Source of the DNA: Tubulanus polymorphus
Taxonomy: Eukaryota > Animalia > Nemertea
Reading direction: 5' to 3'
Assembly: GCF_964204645.1 (NCBI RefSeq)
Contig: NC_134030.1
Coordinates: 22,094,210-22,158,209 of the forward strand
DNA length: 64,000 nt
The translations under genes were made by a program, and so were the position numbers. Under the pieces are notes generated by a model that saw only the letters and a program-made list of their open reading frames with translations, was not told the origin of the DNA and ran no database searches. Of this stretch, positions 1-14,300 are shown one piece after another. The stretch's first letter is position 1; every line of letters starts with the position of its first letter.

Positions 1-636
1 CTTAAGTTGTTAGATTTGCTATTGGACCAAAATGAGCTTAGACTGGTTTAAGCTCAACTAGACATATTGGCCACAGAACTAAAACTGTCTTAAACTGGTC
101 TTGAATACAAGCCATCATGGTGCACATTAGCCCTATTACAAAATATTTAGTTCATTGTCAATCAAAATGTTGCGATCGTAGATTATCATAATATACAGAA
201 TGCTAGAAATCTAAAAATAGTGTACACAGCTGGAGGGATCCGAGCCAGATACAGTTCTTGATTACTTGCCTACGTAGGTTCTCCATTTTCTCGTTGGGAA
301 GTATCGTTACGTTGTTCGGTGACGATAGTGATAAATTATCACATATGCCTACCGGGTATCGGTAATGAAAACTTGCGCCCGGTTCCTTGTCCCAGTTACC
401 ATTTATTGCGAACTAGAAGAAATTCTGTAAATCCGTGATTCCGAAATAGTACCGGTTTAAACTCAAGAAAATTACGCGGTATCATTGGTTCAATTATCTC
501 ATAGCATTAGTATCCATGACTATCTTTAGTGGGTGGCTCCAACAATATCCAAATCACACTGTTTCTTTATTGGGTTGATTTGTCAGGTGAATGTGCATCA
601 TGTAGACAAACAGTATTTCTGTTCTCTAATTTACAG

Positions 637-3600
637 TACCGTGTTTGGTTCCGAAACCTGAAGATGCGATTGCATTGTTGCGTTGGACAAGTGAAACCTG
701 GTATGAAAAAGGTAAGATTCTCTCACATGATTTACTGCACATATTCTCAGATATCGGTTTGATAATTTTAGGTGTTGTTTTCTCTTTGTAGATCATGAGT
801 ATTGGGTGAAAACACGTGAACAACTTCAGCCAGGTATTTATAGAATTATTAACCCTTTATTTCTATAACATATAGAATATCTCGCATGAATACAGTTCAT
901 AGTTTTAGAAATTATCCACTAATCATCTGAATGATATACAACTGATTTTGCTTCATTATCAAAACCGTAATTATCAATTTAAGTTTATGGTTAACAACGT
1001 AATTTTTGACTATTTTATCGTATGTTTTTGGTAGATGTTTAATGCAATTAACTGACAATTATTTCTATCTGTGAAGCACATTTATAATAATGGCCTCTTA
1101 TATTAACTCACTGGATACAATGGAAACACGTTTACGCAATGAAATAAACCAAATAATTTGGACCAAGAAACTTTTAGATTTTTCAGAAACTATTCCATAT
1201 TCACGTACTAAATCCTGGACTTCACTTGTAGCAAGTGAGGATCCACCAGGTGCAAGGAGGCAATTCCTTGCTATTTTTAGGGACTGAACTTTTCGTGAGA
1301 AATAAGAAAAAGCATGTGAAATCCCTGATAATGTGTTTGCCTAAGCGTTGTTGTCGTCGTTAACCGGCACTTTTTTCGGCAGTCCTCCAGTTCATGGTGT
1401 TTCATCGATCGTTCATTGATGTGTTTGGTTGAATGACTGGACTGGTTCCGGGTCACATGTACTCTGATCGTGCCTAGAAAACGTATCCACGCATCTAATT
1501 TTAAACAATTTTCTGCGGAAGAACGCCCACTAATTTGTGCACCCCTCCCTGAAATCCTGGATCTGCAGCTGTTCTGCGGCAATAGAGGATTCCCATTGAA
1601 AATCAACTATACGCGAGAAACGTTTTTAGATGTCGTCTTTTTTCATGTTTATCTGTAGCTAATATTTGTGTTGTTTGTTTAACAGTTAAAACTGAAGACT
1701 TTGAGGTCATTGAAAAGTCATTCAGTCCAGGTATATTATTCATTGTGATTTCATTTCAATAAAACAATATAAACTCACATGATTCATCGATAAATCAACT
1801 ACCTGTTTGTTAACATCGATGAATTCATTTAGAAAATTAATTTGTTGTCAATTTTTCTTTCTAGAAATTTTCAGAATAATTAAAGATGTTTACGGAACTG
1901 AGAATGATTGGGAGTTAACGAGAGATAAGGATAAACAAGGTAAGAGGAGTGAGTGGTAAGAGTAGTGAGTGGTAAGAGTAGTGAGTGGTAAGAGTAGTGA
2001 GTGGTAAGAGTAGTGACGACTCAGTTGCCGGAGGAAGAGCAGAACCGACTGATTGGTGCCCTGCATGTCTCTCTAAATATGACACTTCTGCCTCCTATCT
2101 TCATCCAGCAGTAATTCAAACTGTTTGATGCACAGTTTATTGGACTATTGAACAAATAATTTCTATAATTCATTTCAGCAATAGCTATCAGAGAATTCCT
2201 GTTTGGACAGTTATCAAGTGATCAAAGTAAGTAATCGTTTACCTATAGTTTGTTTTAAGTTTATGTACGCATGTGATGTATGTAAACATGCGCATGTGAG
2301 TTATGTGAACATGCACATGTGATTAATGTGTGCATTGACATTTGATTGATACATAGTAAGTTGTGAGTTGGGTAAACATGTTCATGTAAGTTAACATGCA
2401 CATGTGATTAGTTTACGTGTTTTAAGTTAACACAAGTTTCATCAATGTTTATATTTTCAGGTGTGTTAGATTTGGTGAAAGAAATCCTAAGTAAGTTTAC
2501 GAAACGACTCAATATTTCCTCTTCAACTCGAATCATCGATTCAAATGTGTTTGTTATTATCTGTTGACAGGAAAATACGTGAGAATAAACAATTTAAAAA
2601 CGAAACTATCAAATGAGATCGGTAAGATTTGATTGTATACAGTTATTGGTGTATGAGTTTATTGATTATTATTCTACTGTCAACACATTTTGTAAATGTA
2701 TTACAGATACATTACTGAACAAGAAGAGGTCAATAGATGGCGCTGATGTAGTTTACAATAGAGATGAAGGTACATGATTATTTAGTGTTCAAATGAAATA
2801 TTCAGCTTTGCTGATAGAAATGTAGCGAATTCTATTCAACATGGCCGCATGGCAGCCACTGAGAATAATCTATAAACCTGATAGAAGCGACCAGTTGGGA
2901 ATTTGTTATAATTCAGTGTGTTATTTCGTGAAATGGAAAGTTACTCTAAATTTCTTTGCCTAAATTCGTACCGTTTTGGTCAAATTGGATGCATCAAAAT
3001 TTGTGATGGAAATTTCATCTTAAAAATGTCAGACTAGAGCTTCAGAAATACTCAAGTTACAACAAAATAATCAAATTTACAATTGTTATTTAAGAAATAA
3101 GATGTGATATAAACTAGGGGTAATGATACAGCATGAAACAGAATTTCAATTAAACTAATTTCAAATCTATTTTTTCCGTGTTTCAGATGAAGTTCATGTT
3201 AGTTTTATGACGCAATCTAATGAAGAGAAAAAACCCCTGACAGACAAAGAGAAACAGTTCATCAGAGATGGTCAGTAAAACTATGAATTCTATCTGAGTT
3301 CCAGTTTGATGTCGGGTTCACTACACAGTTACAGAGAGTCTTAAAAAGTGTTAAAAAAACTTACTGACGAAAATTTCCAACTTTTTGAAAAAATGTCTTC
3401 CGCATTTTTCAAGATTTATACAGATGTCTGTTAGTAATGATTAGTCATGTAGTGAACAGGGTTCAGTGATTCACTGTGTCACCAATATTTAGGAGTTATC
3501 TGTATTTATGGATTTGTTCACCCAGTCCTGAGAATGGTCGGTTCGCGGAGCTCCGTATACTGCCTATACTAAAGGGGTCGCGTTAGCGATATACCACTGA

Positions 3601-6600
3601 CAAGGTTTTCAGTGAATGGATTTGCAAAATGAAATGAGTGCCAAAAGAGCAACTGCTCTGTGTGAATCACATTCAGCTATTTTTTCGCAGGCTTCAAATC
3701 CCCAGTAAACGGTTATAATGAATTTCTATATTTTCAGTTGCTTCAGCAGTTGAATCTATTGATGCTTTCTTTGCTAAAATGTCCGGTAGGTTCAATAAAT
3801 CATTTCAGTAAAAATACTGTGGAGTTTGTTGTGGAATCATTGAATAATTGATTGTGTTTATTTTTACTGTAGATGCTGAATTATGTGAACGAGGAATATT
3901 CAACATTAAACGTAGGTTTTAATTCTCATTTTATCCTCAACTGTTTATAAATACATGTGCTCTATAATCTACCGTACATGTACATGTGAGTTCTCTATAC
4001 ATGTACATGTTAGTTCTCTGTACATGTACATGTACAATACTGAAGTATTCGTAAGTTCTGTGGTTAATACTTTTTCTTTATATTTCAGCTACTGATGAAA
4101 TTGCTGGTAAGTGATAATATTCACTACGATGTTTAAACTGGTGCTAAGTCTGTTAATTGAAATATAGTTGTATCTATTTATAGATATGTTTGTAAAAGAA
4201 ACACTTCAAACAGAAGTTAAACAACAGAATGGTGAGTGTTCAGTTAATCTAGGAATCTATCAGGAAGGGGCTTACAACTATAAACTGATTACATATTAAA
4301 CATATTTTGTCTAATTACAGAAAACCTCGTCACACAAATAGAAAACCAGAAAGTAACTGATGAAACAAGGACAGGTTTGTTACATTATAATCGAAAATTT
4401 ATTCAGATTTTTTTGATCTTCTGAAAACATGTACAGTAGATACAATTTTACACCGCAATAGTAAAAACATGTAGTAGAAACTATTATTTATGGTTGGTTT
4501 TACAGAAATGGAAGTGGCCGATCGGAAGCGTTTTGTGAACAAAGATATTTGTGGTAAGACTGAAAATGTTGTTCTTTCATTATTTTTCACGATAATTACA
4601 AATCGTTTCGTTAATGAGAAATCCAAGGTACAATAAAGCCAGCTGGACCCGGTGATGTGGAACAATTGGTAACTTTGTCGAAATTCATCTGCTGTGTGGG
4701 AAATTTAAGGTTTTATAAAACCCAGATGTATTTATATGAAATTCTAGTTAGAACTGATCTACCAGATCAGTTCAAACTAGAATTTCATGAATTTCATGTG
4801 TTGTAATTTCATTAGAATAACATGAATATTGACCAGACTTGTCAATATTCATGTTATTCTATTCATGTATTCATTTGTAGAATCAGTTTTATTGGGTTCA
4901 AGTTTGCAGAAATTAGAAGAGAACAAACATTCGACAGAACTAGATAAAAGTAAGTGTAAACTTTCTTTGTCTCTAGAACTAAATTTACAGAGTATTTGAT
5001 GACCATGAATTGAAGATGAAATTTATCGATGTCATCAGATTATCAGAGGCATCTGATTCAGAGCCGAGTTTTAAGTGGTGTTAAACTAAGAATGTTGCTA
5101 GGTGACAGTTTGTATCGATATGAATAATATTCAGACTGAGTTCATCGTAGATGATTAAAATCAGTTGTGTTTAAACGCCAAAAAGTTACCCAGTATCGTC
5201 AGTACAAAATCAATCATAGTTTGAAGAAACCGTGTTTTGATTGTCATGCATGTATCAAATGGGGTGGCTCCGAAAATATCCAAATCATGTCATCATAAGA
5301 GGCTAGCCGAGGGTGATTTCTGTCAAAATGCTCCATTTTGGGAAATTATTTTTTCATTAGTTTATTTCATTGTTCAACTATATTTTTAGGTATTTATGAA
5401 ATAAGTCGAGATGTTTTAGGTAAGAACTAAATAATAGTAACAAACTATAAATACCGAGGTCTAGGGTCGAAAGCAGACGTTTTAAAAGAAATTATCAGCT
5501 GACAAATTTCAAATTACATTTTCTAGGAGTTTCTCGTTTCTTTCTGATTAGCCAGAAACTTGTTAGGTTGAATTTCATTCAGAAATTTGAATAGATTTGA
5601 ATAGAAGTCTCGATGTCACCGGAAGCGAATGCCGTGTTGTAATCATGAATTATGTTCTTTTATTCAGAAATTAAATTGAAAATCGCAGTTTTTAAATCTA
5701 TCAGAGGTAAGAGGTTTATGTATGGATTGCATCACAATCAGCAGGGTTTATTCCATCATTTTCCAAGATTCAACCTGAGCTCAATTTTTTCCTGGAACTC
5801 AATTTCTCATTTTTTTCATGATGATACATAGGCCTATTTACAAATATTTCTTAAAATTGCTCAATTTGTTTTCTGAGAACTCAATTTCAGTTCTGATGAA
5901 ATTTTCCTAGTAATTTATCTTGACGAATCACTTTTAGAATTGTACGCTGGACGAGCTGAAAGATTTCAGAAAGAACTCAAAGAGAAACTGAAACAAGAGG
6001 AAAATAAAGAGAGAAAAAACGAGGAGGAATTGAACAGAATAATTCACAGTTCAGTTTGTCAGGCGTTTAAATATATCACTGATATGAATGAAAGTAAATA
6101 TCGATTTTATATCTCAAAGTATAATGCACTTAACATGTCGCATATTATATGTAAATGAATGCACATGTCACATGTTCATGTAAATGAATGCACGTCATGT
6201 AACATGGTTCAAACATCTTTGATACATTTCAGAAACTCTGGTGGATAGTAATGTTGTACGATATGGAGGTTTGTATATAATTTACATGGTTCAATCACAA
6301 ACCAGTTTTTAGCCCACTTGGGACTTTAGTCCCAGCGGACTATTGCGTTCACTTTTCGTCCGTCGTCCGTCCGTAGACGGAATCCAGTTATTTTGGGATG
6401 TTTTGAAGACGCTTCAAGGTAACGTCTTGATATTTGGGTTACACATGTATCTACCCTAGACACATCTTCAGCCCAAAAACTGGCCCTGTCAGATTCAAGA
6501 TGGCCGGCTGGCAGCCATTGTTGTTCGCCAAAATTAGCACTTTTTACTTTTTGAGGGTAATTTTGAAGACGCTTTGATCAATTACATTGATCTTTCGGAT

Positions 6601-9600
6601 ATATGTGAATCCCCCGAGGGCCCATCAGCAAAAATTGGGTCGATCGGACTCAAGATGGCCGTCCTATGACCTTTTTTGTGCCCAAAATGTCAATTTTGGC
6701 CGGAATTCTGGGTCCTTTAGCTTCCTACTTGTTTGCCATTTCTCATTGCAATTTGTGATGGGTATTCTTTGGAAAGGGATGTTTTATACCTGAGATAGGT
6801 ATTTTTGATCTGCCAATTATGACGCAATTGGCGGCCATCTTGGTGTCATCAGTACTCATTCGTAGGTGGGAAAAAGTTTTTCCACATTAAATTGATACCT
6901 TAGCATATTGTGTTACTATATTCAATTGGAAAGTTGTAGCCCATAACGTGTTCTATGATTTTGGTGAGTTTCAAGGTCATTGGTTTTTGTATGTGGCCAC
7001 CAGGGGGCGTTGAATAATACAATAACTTAGTATCGCTATATTTTATTTGTACCGATGCATATTTTGTTACCACAATCAATTGGAAAGTTGTAGCTTATGA
7101 CATCATCTATGATTGTGGTGAGTTTTAAGGACATTATATATATAGTCACCAGGGGGCGTTGAATAGTAGAATAACTTAGTGTTTCCTTATAAGATTGGTA
7201 CCTAGGCATATTTTGTTACCATGACCAATCGCAAAGTTGTAGTTCATGACATGTTCTATGATTGTGGTGAGTTTCAAGGTCATTGGGTTTTGCATATGGT
7301 CACCAGGGGGCGTTGAATAGTAGAATAGCTTAGTATTTCCTTATTATATTGGTGCCTAGACATATTTTGTTAGCATGATCAATTGCAAAGTTGTAGTTCA
7401 TGACATAGATCATTGGGTTTTGCATATGGTCACCCGGGGCCGTTGAATAGTAGTCAGAATAACTTAGTATTTCCATATTAAATTGGTAACGAGGCATATT
7501 TTGTTTTCACAATCAATTACAAAATCGTAGATGCTGACATGTTCTATGATTGTGGTGGGTTTTAAGGTCATTGGTTTTTGTATATGGTCACCAGGGGGCG
7601 TTGAATATTGAAATTGTTAGATTGTTGAGCATTTGACACCACTTCCCAAGTAGGCATGGTGTCCCTGGACCCCTAGTTATCATGAATAATCTGTTTGATT
7701 TTCTATCTATTTATATTCCAGTGAGTCCAGAAGAGATAAGTGAGTTCTGATTGATATTTATAAATATTCTCAGTACAGTAGACTGCGCACTTGTCTTTGA
7801 TTTCATGTTGTAATTCGTCATATTTACCTTTTTATAAGTTGCAGTGATTTTCTATATTGATAGATTCTAAACTTCGTGAATTAGCCGATAAAGAGTTTAA
7901 AGACAGAACAGGTACTGTACATATTACAAAGTGTGAAGACTCTTGAATGGATTGTTTTGATATCGGTTACCCTAGATCCGAGTGTCGTACATAGAAAGCA
8001 AGCTAACCAGTAGACCATAGACGTATAAACTAGTCTAGTTTATACGTCCATGAGTAGACCAATAGAACTAGTCCACTGGTTAATGTTTATACAGCTTGTC
8101 CTATATGCGGAACGCTGTGACCTTTTTTGAGCCCAAAAAGTTCATTTTCGCCCTGCATTCCGAGACCTGTAGCTTCCGAATGGTTTGCCATTTTTCATTG
8201 AAATTCGTTATGGATATTTTTAGAAGGGCTCTTAAACATATCAGATGGGCTGACGTTGAATAATGGAATTTAGTAATGTTTTAAATCTTATTGATGTTTA
8301 TAATCAATGTTTATTACAGTCGGTAGATTTAAGGGAATAAAGACACCTGAAGAGATAGTGACTGTAACGCTGAATATACCGACACAACTCCGCACTGGTA
8401 AGTGACTACACTGAAACTGTATGTTGGAATTGGAATTCAATACAGTAAACTTAAAATTAGTCGAGAATCAGGAAAATCGGTTTATCACAAACTTAAGGAA
8501 TCTTTATTTGAATTTAATCTAATTTGTAGACTTGTATTCAGCTGGACGAGATCCAGTTATTCTGCCGGATCGAGCAGGTATTGTATAAGTCCGTAAAAAA
8601 CTTAAGATAACCAGTTTAATTCCATTCCATAATCATGCCGTTATCAAACGCCAACATATTTCAGGGAATAAATCCCGCAAATCTAAATTCAGTGGAAATA
8701 CCATTCTTTATAATGCCTTGTACTTCATCGGTCCCAACTGTTGCATCATGAAGGACTTTCACTGTGAACAAAATTTGAGTTTTTTAAGAGCATTAGCCTG
8801 AAATATTCTGCAACTGATCATTGTCCCCGAAAGGACGATTAATTCTTCTAAGTTCTTGTAACGAATCGTTAAACTGCTCGTTATTAAAACCAGAAATCGC
8901 TCTTCCGTCATATACCTAATTGTTTGGTTAAGGCCCTGAAAATGGGGTTCTAACCATGGTTTACTGGTATTTTTAATGTCAAAATGCAAACTTAAAGCAA
9001 CAACGGTTTTATAATGAAACCACACTCATTGAATGCTGTGTCTATGTTTGCTGTTTTTATGTGAATTTCAGTGGAATATTTCAAGGATGAATTCATTAGC
9101 GCAATACAATCTGATGAATCATTGAAAACTGCTACTCAAACTGCTTTAGATAACGGTAAGTTACATCTACAGTAAACTACATTTACATCTACAGTAAACT
9201 ACATTTACATCTACAGTAAACTACATTTGCATCTACAGTAAACTACATTTAATACATCTACATCTACAATCAACAATTAGATACATTTATTCACTAAGAT
9301 TGTCAATCATAGAAATTTGTTTGTGGTTTTTTAGAATCAAGTAAAATCAACGAATTGTTGAGGAAAGAAAAGTCGAATGGTAAAATTGTTTGATAAAATG
9401 CGGATAATTTGTTTGTTTTCACGAACCGAAAAATAATTCAAACGTTTTTCTTCTATTTCTTAGTTAATAGAATTTATGGTGAAGTGAAAAAGAGAATAGA
9501 ATCAATGTCTACAGGTTTGTATTTTAATGATTTTCTATCAATTCTTGCATTTAAATGTCGGATATATTTCCTCGTGTTGAGGCTTCTTTTCATAAAGCAT

Positions 9601-11318
9601 GTTATAATATATCATATTTTTCATAAACATATCATATCATATCATATACCACTATCATATACAATGTCATCAAGTACATATATAAAATACGTATATCACA
9701 TATCATATCACGCCATACCACATCATTTATGCTTGTAAAATGTGATTTTGAAGGTGATGAGTTTTGTTTTACTTTTTATCACGAATTGATGCATTGCTTA
9801 ATTTACGTTCTACTTCTATTTGTGATTTCAGAGGAATTAAATGAACAGGGAATCGTAGTTTATAGAAGTGAGTAAAAGTCAATTTGTCTGATTTGAATTC
9901 TAATCTGTTCATCAATTCCATAGTTTTCCTGTTCCATAGTTACCCTGATCCCATAAACTCCTCACAAGAGACTCCCAACACTAGAATCATAACCCCTCAG
10001 TTTTTTTAAATTCAGATCTAAATCAAATTAAGTAAGAATTTTATAGTAAAAGTGAACTGTATGAATTTATCTGTTTAGATCTAATTAATGTATATTTATT
10101 AGTTATTGTTGTTGTTCTGTTTTTCAGTAAAAGATGAAACAGCGAGTAAGTACTGATGACAACTTCCATGTTAAAATTTAGATAAAAATATATATTTGTC
10201 ATCTCCTGTTTTGAATAGTAGTGGTTCTTATATAGCGCTAAATCCAGTGAAACCGTTTTACAGATGATGAAAATACTTCCTTCAAAAGGAAGGATTGTGA
10301 AAGGAGAACATTTTGGTGTTTATAGTATTATCCAAAACCTATGATATGAGTAATATGCATAAGTAGTTTTTAGTTTGTGGTTGCGGTTACATGAACTTTT
10401 GAACTTTATTGTACCATGTGTTTTGTACCACGTGTTCCTGGTTTATCTTTGTATGTGTGAATCCTTACTTATCAATAGAACGTCATATAGTAAACACGTA
10501 GTCTCAATATTTCTTCTTCCACGCCGTTTTGTGTTGCTTACAAGCTCTTTTACAACACATGTTTCTCTCTCCCTGCAGTAATCTATTGTGTTTATTCTGT
10601 TACAGTGAGTAACATCAAACCAATTATTGCAGACAGAATCCAAACGGAATTTAAAGGTGAATACATTGTGTTTACTGTTAGGTGTTTCAATTAACAAATT
10701 TAATCGGTACCGAGAGTAAGAATGGTGGTCGACAGGTCCCGAGTTAAGGGTGAAGGTCGACTGTATTTTGTTGGAGGATATTTGACGCTGTAGCAGCATA
10801 AATAGTTTACATCATCAGACGATATTTTAGTAGTTTCTAATGAGCATTGTATAATTACAGATTCACTAGTGACTGTTTTAGAAGAGAAATGTCAAAAGGC
10901 TATCAGTTTGTGGCCATCAAAACACTGGGAATACGATATATCTCGCGCGAGTAAGTTCATTGTGAAATCAGTTTGTGATTTATAATAGAATTCTATTGTA
11001 TAAAAACTTGTCTATTGTTTATTACATATAGTGTCTGTACTCAGTGAATTTACCAGTAGAACTTTAAACACAAACACAGGTTATTGGAAACAAGTCAAAG
11101 AATGTTTCGGTAAATAATAAATTCTTGTTTCACTGCTGATTCTTTTTTGATGATCTGATTTGTAAGGATGACCAATAATTGTTTGTTCTGTTTGAATAGG
11201 AGATGAAATTAACAGTGAAACAAATACAACTGAACTGACAGAAATAGGTGAATATCAAATTAACATATTACATATTATTTCAAGATTAACAAAAATTATT
11301 TTGAAAATTATTTATATA

Positions 11319-11385
<67 letters not shown>

Positions 11386-14300
11386 TTATTTATTTATTAT
11401 TCACTTGTTCGTTTATAGTTGATGAGTGTTCGGGTGAATGCATCAAAACAATGAGTGACAAATGGAATCCCGGTGAGTACCCCTCACCCCTCATATGGTG
11501 ACTGATAAGGGCCATGAAAATATTTCCCGACAAAAAATGATTTTATCATGAAAAATAAGTTTCCATCGAAAAATATTCGTGAGTGAAAATAATTTCGTCA
11601 CAAAAAAATTATTTTCCATCGAAAAATATTTTGTGAGTTAAAATAATTTCGTTGTGAAAAATATTTTGTGAGTAAAAATAATTTCGTTGTGAAAAATTAA
11701 TTCCCATCAAAAAATATTCATAAGCGAAAATAATTTTCTTAATAATCGCCTCCAAAATATAGACGTGAGAAAAAATAATTCCGTTCTGAAAAATAAATCG
11801 CCTTCCTTCAAAATATATTCCGATGACAAGATATTTTTGCAGCGTAAAAATAATTGTGGGTTTTCCGCTAGTACGGAAGCCCCTAGGTGACATACGAGAA
11901 AACCTTTTCACAATTTCGACTTATTAAGTCGAATTTCGACATAATAAGTCGAATTTCGTGTTAATTAAGTCGAAATTCGACTTAATAAGTCGAATTTCGA
12001 CAATTAACACGTTAATTAACACGAAATTCGACTTATTATCTCGAAATTCGACTTATTATGTCGAAATTCGACTTAATAAGTCGAAATTATGAAAAAAATT
12101 ATATCATATGTCACCTAGGGGCTTCCGTACGCTAGTCACCTCTGATCTTATTTCATCTATGCTACTAGCCCTTAGTATAGTGGTACACACTGCGTACATA
12201 ACATACTTGAACTACACGGGGGGGGGGGGGGGTATACCACAGGGCTCTCATTTACACATGAATCAGAGTACTTGGGTAGAGCTTTGATTTTTTTTTTAAT
12301 CCTGAGATTTCGTGACGGCGAGTCCTTGTAACCTAAAGTAAGGAAGGGTGGGATGGTGGTGCTGTCATCGGGTCCATGTGAACACAAATTTGGGCAAAAA
12401 ATATCAAAAATTGTGTACGGTCAAAATAAAAATTAGGGCTCTTGATTTTGGTTTCCTTCTCAGACCTCCTGTCCATCTAGAAATAAATATCTTTTGTCAA
12501 TGTTATGGGCGCAGATCAAGGACCCAAATAACGGATACAAGAAGCCGTAGGGCTAGTAGCATAGATGAAATGTTAAGATCAGGTGAGAAAGTTCAATCGA
12601 CCGCGTGCACCAGCGGAAAACCCACAATTATTTTTTACGCTGCAAAAATATTTTAGTCATCGGAATATATTTTGAAGGAAGGCGATTTTTCATAGCGGAA
12701 TTATTTTTACTCAGCATATGTTTTGAAGGCGATTATTTTCATGAGAAAATTATTTTCGCTTATGAATATTTTTGATGGAAATTTAGTTTTCATGACGAAA
12801 TCGTTTTTGTCAGGAAATATTTTCATGGCCCTTCCTTGTCAGCCACCATAGATACAAGTTGCTGTGCTGTAGCCGTAGGATCGAAAACTAAGACATCTTT
12901 TACTTGATGTCCCGTTCAACATACTTAACGGTACAAACACTGCTGCGCCGTAGTTGTAGCGCGATCAATATAAAGCGCGTGAAAACGGGAAAACCCGAAA
13001 TTATTTTTACAGCAGTTATTTCTCGACAGAGAAAAATATTTCTATGGAAATATTTTTACACATAAAATATATTTTGAAGGTGATTCATTTTACACACCAA
13101 AATTATTTTCACTCACGAATATTTTTCGATGGTAATTTATTTTTTGTTAGGAAATATTTTCATGGTCCTTATCAGCCACCATACCCTCGTGAGTACCACT
13201 TATGAGTACCTCTCATGAGTACCCCTCGTGTGAGTACCTCTCATGAGTACCTCATCCATAATACTTGAGTTCAATTTGAGTACAGGACTCAAATGCAAAT
13301 CGTAATTTCAGTACCTGAGTACCATAAGGTATTGGACCTTGAGTGAGTACCATTTATTGACCGTCGGAATATGTCAGTATGATTAGAGTACATGCGGAGT
13401 ACCAAATACAGTCACTCAACTGAGTACCCGGCCCCGGTTGGTTACATGAATTGTGTAAAGGCATTAAAATGATGCTATTCACAGATCAAGTTGAAACAAA
13501 CTGCAAAATGAACAAGGTTAAGTGACAGAATTTCATTTTTTGTTGTTTGTAGATGCTTTCAAGCACAACAAGATGATTACAGGGACAGGTGAATATATCG
13601 TATATGAATCACCTAGGGCCGGTTCCATAGTAATCATTACAGTCCAAACCAGTCTAAGACGATTTCGGTTTTACAGCCGATCTAACAACTTAGAACCAGT
13701 TATAAGATTTAAGACGAATTTTGGATTCAATTTTCGATTATGGAGCCGGCCACTGGTTCAATGAAAAACCAATTTGAATTCATCATGAAAATCTGTTTGA
13801 TTTTCTATCTATTTATATTTCAGCGAGAGGGATAAGTGAGTTCTGAGATGAGTAGAATTTATTTTAGATTTTCACTATTTTGATCTATAAAGTGATTGTT
13901 AGATGTATCTACTGACAGGTACCGGTATCTGCGTGAACTGATGCTGACAATCACAAATTATTCATTGGATTCACAAGAGCAACAATCATTTTGGGTTCAG
14001 TGATAACTGGTTATTCATAATTGCTGCCCCATAAAACAATTCAATGCAATTTACTTCTTCAAATATTATACACAGAAAAAAATATCCCTAAAATAGAAAC
14101 CAGTTGTCAATATCATCACATGGTGGACCTAAAACCCAGAGTCACACTTATCTGTTTATCTGACAGTTGTAGTCAGCGCTTGCCTCTGATTTCGTGGAAC
14201 CATTGAATAATAGTGACTTCGAACTACAAGTCACACGAGTTTGTTTAAGTTAATGAATTTCTATATTGATAGATTTTAAACTACATGAATTAGCCGATAA

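Noticed and set aside
1090-1658. ORFs of 62-109 aa
   Set aside because: Intronic to the micro-exon gene, no recognisable motifs and no convincing splice-bounded symmetric exon.
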